A DNA stretch of 63,603 bases, the filler included, from Octopus bimaculoides (lineage: Eukaryota): assembly GCF_001194135.2 (NCBI RefSeq). It is 5 parts of 4 records of this genome, joined end to end, with 100 filler letters (N's around TTAATTAATTAA, not from the genome) between each part and the next. Parts side by side here need not be neighbours in the genome. Positions count along the whole stretch, not along the records: positions 45,150 to 62,226 come from NC_068984.1; positions 62,327 to 63,603 come from NC_068996.1; 3 more parts are not named here. One strand, 5' to 3'. How positions within the stretch are numbered: the first letter of the stretch is position 1; every line of letters begins with the position of its first letter. A program made the position numbers and the translations under genes. The notes beneath the pieces were generated by a model. That model made no database searches. It was given only the letters and a program-made list of their open reading frames with translations, and had not been told where the DNA came from. Positions 55,051-63,603 of this stretch are shown piece after piece.

Positions 55051-55462
55051 ACCCCCCTTTGGGGTCGGGTTTAAGTCGATTACCTCGACTCCAGTGCTCA
55101 TTGAGTACTTATTTTATCGGCCATCAAATGATGAACAGCAAACTCGGCCTCGACGGGATTTTGAACTCAGAACGTAAAGACGGACGAAATGCCACTAAAC
55201 ATTTTGTCCGGCGTGTTAACGTGCCTACCAGGTCGCCGCCTTTCTTTACATTTAAATATTTGTTTCAAATTTTGACACAAGGCCAGCAATGTCGAGGAGA
55301 GAGGATAAGTTAATTACATCATCCCCAGTGCCCAACTGGCACTTGTTTTATCGACCCCCGAAAGGATGAAAGGCAAAGCCGACGGCATTTGAGCGCAGTA
55401 CGTAAAGACGGACGAAACGCCTCTAACCATTTTGTCCGGCGTGCAAACGATTCTGCCAGCTC
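55050..55462 (-). mobile_element. two tandem SINE family A copies
   Basis: 55050-55240 and 55255-55462, each followed by ttctttacatttaaatatt. Confidence 0.8.
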
Positions 55463-56234
55463 ACCGTCTTTCTTTACATTTAAATATTAAAAATGGAATT
55501 AACAAGTTGAAATAATTGATTTTTAATTTGAATTCATGTCTTTTTTTTATTTACTACAGGCATATAGTTTAAACTCATTTCTTGCAAAGGTTTAGCTTTG
55601 TTAATTTTGTTTATATAACTTCATATGCTGTGTACTATATTGGTTTATTAATCCTTTAATTATCAAGTTTATTAACTACGTCATGTTTTATAGAATTCAT
55701 TCTCCATCATCTAGTTGTTATTTTACTGTTCTAATCCGCTTCGGCTTAAGAAGTTTAAGTGTTCAAAGGTTTACAAATCCATCTATTTTAGGTTATTTTC
55801 GATGGATGTTTAATCATTTTCTCAAGTACTCACTGGTCTCTCTCTTTCCCTCTCTGTCTGCCTGTTTGTCTCTCACTCATCTTAATTGATCTGCTACTAA
55901 GTAGTGTAACATGGTATAGAACTGTATTTGTGAATAAACTCACTTCACGTCTTAAACAATCTACGTCAACATGTAGTACAGATATAAACGTGGAAAACGA
56001 ACGAAAGCAAAGAGTGAAGACTTTCAAGCGATGAACATTTAAGCGTGATATACAGATATTTATATTAATACATCCAGCTTACACAGAGTACAAACGACAG
56101 AGAAAATTAAATGGGAGGAAGCAAGGCGTTTTAAGTCCAACAGCTATTTCTGGGAGCTCGGAGATCCGTCATAATGTTGGTAGATGAACTGCTTGTAACG
56201 TTGACAAGCCTATGTCAAATCACTTATTTAACAA

Positions 56235-56622
56235 AGCCTATGCTAAATCGGCCCCAGTTTTCGACTGATATTTATTTTATCAACCCTGGGAGGATTGATA
56301 AAAGTACGTTGTTATCAGGGAATTCTGGCGAAGAGATAAAAAGGCATTTACAGAAATTTACTAGTCGCCGTAGCTTTTATCTTTTACTTTAAATTCATCT
56401 TACGATTAAAGTAAACGAAATTTGCTTTAGAAGCGTTGAGATGTATTGAAAGATATAGAAATAATTTATTTTCAAACGCATGATAATACAATAGCATGAA
56501 CAGGATAAACTATCCATACAAAGTCGACCTCAATGGAATTTGAACTCAGAACGTAAAGACGGACGAAATGCCGCTTTGCATTTTGCCCGGCGTGCTAACA
56601 ATTCTGCCAGCTCACCACCCTA
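56235..56622 (-). mobile_element. SINE family A interrupted by a ~220-bp inverted templated insert
   Basis: SINE sequence stops at ...aggattga and resumes at aaagtcgacctc. The insert 56302-56520 is the reverse complement of 57716-57934. Confidence 0.75.
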
Positions 56623-57625
56623 CTGGCTTAAAATATTGTAACTAAATCTTGCAAACACTCAATGACGAAACTATGAATCGTAAAATCATTCTATCGAAAC
56701 TAATGTTGAAATTAAAGTAGAACTTGTTGGAGACTTCTGTTTTGCAGTTTTGATACTTTGTTCCCAGATTGTTGATTAGGGACCAAATTTGTTACTTGAA
56801 TTATATTTTTACTTGGATGAATTTTTCACTTAATTTAAATGAATATATTTTGAATTCACGTTTACTAAGTAGCTTATATAATTAGTCTGTTGGTTAATGA
56901 ATGAAATAGGTTAATGGTTAAATTTGCAAGCCGGAACATGTGATGTTCCGGCACGGGACTGAATTACTCAGCTAGTGCTGAAACATACGATATCATAAGT
57001 ATAGTACTAATTATGCTAACAAAGTTTGTACCTCATGGTGGACGCCTCTTAAATTTGTGACAGTGTTGCGCGTAGGATTATAAAAGGTTAATAATTGAAC
57101 ACGAAAGCAGATACTGAGTTGGGTAAAGTTTGCTTACAGAATGAGATCTTTCTCGAAACATGTCGTCACATAGATTTGGTAATATAGAAGAAATAGGAAA
57201 CGGTCATATATATGGCGCAGGAGTGACCGTGTGACCCCTCCCCCGGTGAAAAATGTTACGTGTACAAGGAGGAGAGAGTGTTGTCACTCAGCGATGGGAA
57301 AAAAGGAAAGACTAGATTAAAGACGACTCAGGACTCAAAGGTGGCGAGTAGCATGAACAAGATAAACTATCCATATATTGCAGAAAAAAAATTGTTACCG
57401 ACCAGCCATGAGACTCGCACTCACATCCCTGTGATTATACGGCAAGTGCTTTATCTTCAAGCTAAACTGCCCAGTAACGAATTGGCCTGCAATTTTAGGA
57501 TTTATAAATCTAGCTTTATAAGACGCTAACGTTAAATTCAACTTACGATGAAAGTAAACAAGCAAAGTTTGCTTCAGAAGCGTTGAGATGTATTAAAAGA
57601 TACAGAAATAATTTATTCTCAAACG

Positions 57626-57936
57626 CAGTTTAGCTTAAAGGTAAAGCACTTGACGCGTAATCACAGGGATGTCAGTTCGAGTCTCATGGCTGGCCGGTAA
57701 CGATTTTTTCTGCAATGTATGGATAGTTTATCCTGTTCATGCTATTGTATTATCATGCGTTTGAAAATAAATTATTTCTATATCTTTCAATACATCTCAA
57801 CGCTTCTAAATCAAATTTTGTTTACTTTAATCGTAAGATGAATTTAAAGTAAAAGATAAAAGCTACGGCGACTAGTAAACTTCTGTAAATGCTTTTTTAT
57901 CTCTTCACCAGAATTTCCTGATTACAACATACTTAT
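57626..57936 (+). mobile_element. tRNA-headed repeat (D-arm GCTT/AAGC, T-loop TTCGAGT) with AT-rich body
   Basis: gcagtttagcttaaaggtaaagc...agttcgagtctcatggctggc. Inverted partial copies lie at 57349-57470, 57520-57626 and 56302-56520. Confidence 0.65.
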
Positions 57937-58626
57937 ACAAAGCAACGTTTAGCCAAATAAGCTCACCAAATCAGCTTTTCTGATTATCTTTTAGATTTTA
58001 AAAATATAATATATTCTTAGTTGCTCGTCTGTTTTTACATCCTGAGTGCAAATTCTGTCGAGGTTGACTGCTTTTCATCCTTTCGGGGTCAATAAATTAA
58101 GTACCAGTTGCGTAATGGGGTCGATCTAATCGACTTTCCACACTCCCCCAAAAATTTCGAGCCTTGAGCCAAGAGTAGAAATGAATATATTCTTAATTAC
58201 CTGGCTTGCTAACTGAGCTTTTTCCGTGAGCTGGTCGGTTCACTGTTGTCAACCATAACCAATATCTCTTGTTTTCAAGAATAGTTCGGAATAATGTATT
58301 TATGACTGCATTATTCTATATAATGGTTACATGGCTGACTCTTTATTTGGTTGGCTTGCTGACTGACTGGCTAGCTGGTTGGCTGGTNNNNNNNNNNNNN
58401 NNNNNNNNNNNNNNNNNNNNNNNNNNNNNNNNNNNNNNNNNNNNNNNNNNNNNNNNNNNNNNNNNNNNNNNNNNNNNNNNNNNNNNNNNNNNNNNNNNNN
58501 NNNNNNNNNNNNNNGTTAGCTCCATAATTACTTACACGCTTACTATCTAGGCTATACATTTACTGAGTGAAGAGAAGTGACATTAACCTACACTTTTAGA
58601 ACACATATATCTAGAACAATGTCACT

Positions 58627-58665
<39 letters not shown>

Positions 58666-59846
58666 AACACGCACACATATATCGGTGTGGTCTATATCAG
58701 CGTTTCTCAGCAGTCTATTGCTCTCCTGGGAGACTTTATACAACGTCTATGTTTACTCGGCTTTTATTTATCTACTAATCTTCTATACATTTCATTTCGG
58801 ATCCTCTTCTTTATTATTCCGTACAGCATGTCATTTTATCGTTGGCCCTAATGACATGACTAAACATTGTCTGTCATTTCAGATTATAATTTACGGAGAA
58901 ATCACCTGGAAATTAATGAACAATGAGTCTACATTTAAAGCACAGTAACGCTTCAATAGAACTTTTGAAGAAGGGATTTCTGTCTTACCCCTTTCATCGA
59001 ATTTGTAAGACAAATATCATAAAATAAGTAAATTGAGGAGAGGCAGTTGGCGAAGCTATTGCGAAATTTCTAGTAATGAAATATTCATTGGAAAGAATAG
59101 ATTATTTGAGACGATAAATTGAAAATGGAAGTATTATTGTAAGGAATTATAAGGTTGAGAATCGTTAGCGCGCCAGACAAAATGCTTAACGGTATTTCTT
59201 CTGTGTTTTTTACGCTCTGAGCTCAAATGTCACTCAGATCGACTTTGCCTTTCATCTATTTGGGGCCGATAAACTAAGTACCAGTTAAACACTGAGATCG
59301 ATGTAATCGGCTTCTCCCTCCACTCAGAACTGCTGGGTTTTGTGCCAAAATTAGAAAGAATTGTTTGTGATATACACGGATTTATACGACTTACTTTTTC
59401 CGTCTTTTTGTTTGTTTGTTTTTTTTTTTCTTCCTTTCGTTTCATTTTTAAATACTCTGTGTCAAACGATGTGTGACGCGGTGTGAGAGCGAAAGACAGA
59501 ACAGATTTTCTCTTAAGTGACTCTCCGTAAAATTTACAAACGAAAATTAGAATTAACAATACATTAATCTTATTTCTTTACTGCCCACAAGGGGCTAAAC
59601 ATAGAGGGTACAAACAAGGGATTAACGTTTCTGGCAGCTTGCCGCCTTAACCTGTTTCCTTTTTAACTACTCGTACCATAACAATATATCAGTCCTTCTA
59701 CAACCGCCATAGTCTCTGTTTTTTGGACGGGTTTTGTAGCATATCAGATGAGACGTGGTCGCCGAAATCCTCATCGAACGTTACATTTTTTTTTTTTTTT
59801 TTTAGGAGAAAAGAACATTATGAGTGGGCCTTCATGTTCCACTCAC

Positions 59847-59859
59847 AGGGCAACTAATT
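59847..59859 (-). CDS. candidate 13-nt microexon continuing MRCK ((E)LVA(L))
   Basis: gttttgttttctgtctcccag|AATTAGTTGCCCT|gtgagt: strong acceptor and donor. Phase 1 entry gives KD-ELVAL where MRCK has KD-EIIRV. Confidence 0.35.
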
Positions 59860-60164
59860 CTGGGAGACAGAAAACAAAACAACACTGGTTGTCAAGAGGT
59901 AATGGAGACAAATACAACACAGACACAAAATATCATATAATCATATAGACAGACAAACAGATAGATAAATAGACGATAGGCTTCACGCAGTTTCTGTCGA
60001 CCCAATTCATTCACACGAACTAGTCGGCCCGTGGCTATAGTGGAAGACACTTGCCCAGGACGCCACGTAGTGAGACTGAACCTGAAATCGCGTAGTTGCA
60101 GAGCAAGCTTCTTAATCACTCAACTATTTTGTAATTCTTTAACGATGCATTACATATCTGCCGG

Positions 60165-60365
60165 TGATGAGCTGGCAGAAACGTTAGCAAGCCGGGCGAA
60201 ATGCTTAGCGGTTTTACGTTCTGAGTTCAAATTCCGTCGAGGTCGACTTTGCCGTTCATTCTTTCGGGGTCGATAAATTAAGTACCAGTTGCATACTGGG
60301 CTCGATCAAATCGACTTCCCCCCACCCAACAAAATTTTCGGACCTTGTGCCTAGAGTAGAAAAGA
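60165..60365 (+). mobile_element. SINE family A (also 58040-58185, 59150-59360, 26125-26242, 9808-9925)
   Basis: gagctggcagaaacgttagc...gagttcaaattcc...ctttcggggtcgataaattaagtaccagttg. Confidence 0.88.
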
Positions 60366-61814
60366 TTACATATCTACCAGTATAACAACTCGAATATGAT
60401 GGCTAAACAACAAATTTAATTGAATAGACTGGAATTGGTCCACTAACAATTTAAAATTCTTTTGACAATGCATATAGTCCTTAAATTGTAATACAATTGC
60501 TGTGGCTCTCATTCTTTCCACACGGCTTTTAGTGATATAAATAATGTGATACAACCTTAATTGAAAACGAAAACCGAGTTACTGTCTCAAATTTCTGTAA
60601 ATTTACTTCTACCACTACTAAAATGATATTTCTCCACATCTATCGATTAAAGATGATTATGCTGTAGAAATCAACTCCAGTGCTTGTATTTCTCTTATCG
60701 GTAAAATAGATTTGAAAACGTTGATATATATATATATATATATATGTATATACACCTTCCTCACAGCAATATAATTGCATATTTGGAAATACAAATCTGA
60801 TACAGTAGGAAAGCATATTTAAATGTATTTCGGGCGTTGTCAAAATAAAGCTGTAATATTTTGTTTGAAATGTTACATGGCAAAGCAATAAACATTCTTT
60901 ATCGTCTGAACCTTGGCTCTATACTGTAAAACTATCAATAATATATCTATACTCTTTCATTCTCGGTACCATGTCTTCAACCTCCTGACTATTTAAATGT
61001 TATGCGGCCGTTAACATTTACAGCAACAAGCTATAGTCAGAAAAACAAAATAATAGTTGATGGCGTTATCAACAATATTGTGTTATATTTCACTCTTTCT
61101 GTCTATATATATATATTCTTACAGGTATATAAACAGATTTGGGTAATGTGACTTTAAATGTAAATTTCTATAATTTCCGATGGGAATAATTATAAAATCG
61201 TTGCCAGATTTTAACAATCATGAGCAACATTTTCAGCTTGACAGATTTTGAACATCCCAAGAGGTTTGTTGTAATTTAAGAAGGAAAAGCATAAAAACTT
61301 GTGCTCGGGTTTTAGCTACCATCTCTACTACTACATATTTACAATAATACCGTAATCGTATGAGATATATACCTAACGGCAGATGCCTACGCATGAGGAT
61401 TTAACATTGAGTTGACTCTGGCACGTCATCCGTCACATACAAGCCAAATCAGGGACTAGCATTACGTGCTGAGGCAGAAGAAGAAATCTTATTTGATAGT
61501 GAGTATCATAGGGATGCTTTTTAACTAAAATAATGTAACAATCCTGTGCTGGCTATCATTTTTAAGGTATTGGAAGCCAAAACAATTTTTAATCACTTCA
61601 AAAATAAAAGTCTTTACTGCTAACGAAAACAAATGTCAAAAGGCACAAGGGAGGAAACTCACAATATTTCAATCGACCAGAAATATTAAATGAAGATATA
61701 CGGGTGGGGGAAAGTGAGTCTGATTTTTGACAGCCAAAGTAACAGCTCCAGATATATTTTGGCCGTATTAGATTTCCTCTGCGAAGTGTAGCTCATTCGT
61801 AATTACCAAGGTAT

Positions 61815-62095
61815 TAGAACGACACATACATGCATACATACATACATACATACATACATACATACATACATACATGATGGCCATCCACTCGTGATCGAAG
61901 AAGACCATTGGTGACCTTCAGGAACATTGTGCGCTCTAGGACTAATATTTTGCATTTGCGGCTCCGTTGGTGGCTAATGAGCCCTGCTCTTGACAAGCAT
62001 ACACGACTGCAAGCATTGCAAACCAAGCTTTCCCCATTCACTACATTAGCAGGGCTCTTTCGAGCAGCACGCTTAACTTCTTCATGCAGAATGCA
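61815..62095 (-). mobile_element. RTE-clade LINE 3' end with C2H2-like finger and (TATG)n tail
   Basis: ...ESLVCNACSRVCLSRAGLISHQRSRKC. The 3' UTR ends ...gatggccatc followed by (TATG)n. Confidence 0.8.
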
Positions 62096-62177
62096 TATAT
62101 ACATACATACAAACATACATACATACATACATACATACAAATATGTATATATACATACATATACATACACACACACA

Positions 62178-62226
<49 letters not shown>

Positions 62227-62326
62227 NNNNNNNNNNNNNNNNNNNNNNNNNNNNNNNNNNNNNNNNNNNNTTAATTAATTAANNNNNNNNNNNNNNNNNN
62301 NNNNNNNNNNNNNNNNNNNNNNNNNN

Positions 62327-62568
62327 GGTTAGGGCAGCAGACTCGCGGTTTCGATTCCCAGACCGGGGCGTTGTGAGTGTTTCTGTGGAGGCACAATGGC
62401 CCAGTGGTTAGGGCAGTGGACTCGCGGTCATAGGATCGCGGTTTCCATTCCCAGACCGGGGCGCTGTGAGTGTTTCTGTGGAGGCACAAAGGCCCAGTGG
62501 TTAGGGCAGCAGACTCGCGGTTTCGATTCCCAGACCGGGGCATTGTGAGTGTTTATTGAGCGAAAAAC
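62327..62568 (+). repeat. head-to-tail array of tRNA-like SINE heads (79, 93 and partial units)
   Basis: ggttagggcag starts at 62327, 62406 and 62499. A box tggcccagtggttagg, B box ggtttcgattccc. Confidence 0.9.
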
Positions 62569-62602
62569 ACAGCAGTCCCGGACAAACATTAAAATTACTT
62601 AC

Positions 62603-62665
62603 CATCCTTCGTTAATTCAGCTATATATAGTCCGTCTTCGGCTCCAATAAGTAATTTCGTGGCAT
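62603..62665 (-). CDS. gek: MRCK / genghis khan kinase, next CNH exon (63 nt, phase 1 to 1)
   Basis: Minus strand: atttcatttctctctttag|ATGCCACG...AAGGATG|gtaagt. In frame with the previous exon it gives (D)ATKLLIGAEDGLYIAELTKD, versus recalled MRCK D(H/A)(E/D)RIA(L/V)G.EEGL(F/Y)V..VT(K/R)D. Confidence 0.92.
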
Positions 62666-63233
62666 CTAAAGAGAGAAATGAAATTAATACAATGCTTAAA
62701 TAAAATATCAGAAGGCCCCAAAAGGGCTTTTGTGGTCTTAATAAGGGGTAAGGGGTTTCAGAGAGGAGCAGTTCTTTCTATAGTAGAAGACACTTGCCCA
62801 AGGTGCCACGCAGCGGAACTGAACCCAGAACCATGTGGTTGGTAAGCAAGCTACTTAACACACAGCCACTCTATATATATATATATGAGGGGCTTCTTTC
62901 AGTTTCTGTCTACCAAATCCACTCACAAGGCTTTTGGTCGTCCCCGAGGCTATAGTAGAAGACACTCGCCCNNNNNNNNNNACAATGCTTAAATAAAATA
63001 TCAGAAGGCCCCAAAAGGGCTTTTGTGGTCTTAATAAGGGGTAAGGGGTTTCAGAGAGGAGCAGTTCTTTCTATAGTAGAAGACACTTGCCCAAGGTGCC
63101 ATGCAGTGGGACTGAAACCCCGGAACCATGTGGTTGGTAAGCAAGCTACTTACCACACAGCCACTCCTACACCTGGGGCCCAACCTGCTGGGGACAAACA
63201 GACAGATAAGATTTAAGGAGAGCGAGTACTTAC

Positions 63234-63306
63234 CTAAAACGACTGCAGAGTTTGTGTTTTTCACCAAGGACATCGAATTATCGTAGATCTCTTGTGTTTG
63301 GAAAGG
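63234..63306 (-). CDS. gek: MRCK / genghis khan (CDC42BP-family) kinase, internal exon at start of CNH region (73 nt, phase 0 to 1)
   Basis: Minus strand: ttttactcccttaatag|CCTTTCCAA...GTCGTTTTAG|gtaagt. Reads PFQTQEIYDNSMSLVKNTNSAVVL+G. This matches the MRCK segment I recall as (K/L)EAYDS(T/S)LPLIK..(A)AAI(I/V)D. Confidence 0.88.
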
Positions 63307-63425
63307 CTATTAAGGGAGTAAAAACGGGGTTCATATTTTAAGAGGAGCAGCGAATATAATAAATGAATGGGGTTTAATTGTTCCAAAGGGCCTTACATGG
63401 AAATATGAAAAACCCCTAATAAAAA

Positions 63426-63603
63426 GTTCACCAGTCCTCAGTCAAACCGTCCAACAAAGCACCCACTACACTCTCGGAGTGGTTGGCGTTAGGAAGGGCC
63501 TCCAGCTGTAGAAACTCTGCCAGATCAGATTGGAGCCTGGTGTAGCCATCCAGTTTCACCAGTCCTCAGTCAAATCGTCCAACAAAGCACCCACTACACT
63601 CTC
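63426..63603 (+). repeat. 128-bp tandem repeat derived from SINE family D
   Basis: ttcaccagtcctcagtcaaa(c/t)cgtccaacaaagcacccactacactctc occurs at 63427 and 63555. Runs off the window end. Confidence 0.8.

Noticed and set aside
57626-57700. tRNA genes at 57626-57700, 25270-25345 and 62327-62568
   Set aside because: The anticodon and acceptor stems do not pair properly and the sequences are embedded in repeats. They are SINE heads.
62327-62568. CRISPR-like or telomeric (GGTTAGGG) interpretation of the tandem units
   Set aside because: There are no unique spacers, the context is eukaryotic, and GGTTAGGG is part of the tRNA-like A box region.
62690-63172. Apparent ~180-bp direct duplication around the 10-N gap at 62972-62981
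   Set aside because: The unique parts are identical and the copy restarts exactly at the gap. It is most likely contig overlap or mis-extension into a SINE.

Overview
This is a repeat-saturated, AT-rich eukaryotic draft-assembly window with many N gaps and dense microsatellites. The SINE, mariner and Penelope families look cephalopod (Octopus-like), but that is my recognition, not a database result. Nearly all ORFs in the supplied track are microsatellite or gap artefacts. The one real gene I can support is missed by the track. Two short minus-strand exons at the right end (63234-63306 and 62603-62665) have consensus splice sites and splice in frame to PFQTQEIYDNSMSLVKNTNSAVVLDATKLLIGAEDGLYIAELTKD, the PH-to-CNH junction of an MRCK/genghis khan (CDC42BP) kinase. 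Everything to the left is therefore putative intron or downstream sequence. It contains decayed transposons: Tc1/mariner maT (DD37D) and mariner MITEs, hAT MITEs, three different Penelope-like elements, RTE and R4/Dong LINEs, a Helitron end and several tRNA-derived SINE families. Four items most deserve follow-up. (1) A 13-nt candidate microexon starts a phase-compatible chain of further candidate exons that would give MRCK a hydrophobic, DMPK-like tail instead of CNH/CRIB; this is speculative. (2) A hammerhead-ribozyme fold with an intact core lies at 25058-25136, on the same strand as MRCK. (3) A nested fold-back cluster at 56.2-57.9 kb is built from a tRNA-headed element. (4) A tandem array of tRNA-like Pol III heads sits next to an MRCK exon. 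Four identical N44-TTAATTAATTAA-N44 spacers are artificial scaffold joins, so linkage across them is unproven.
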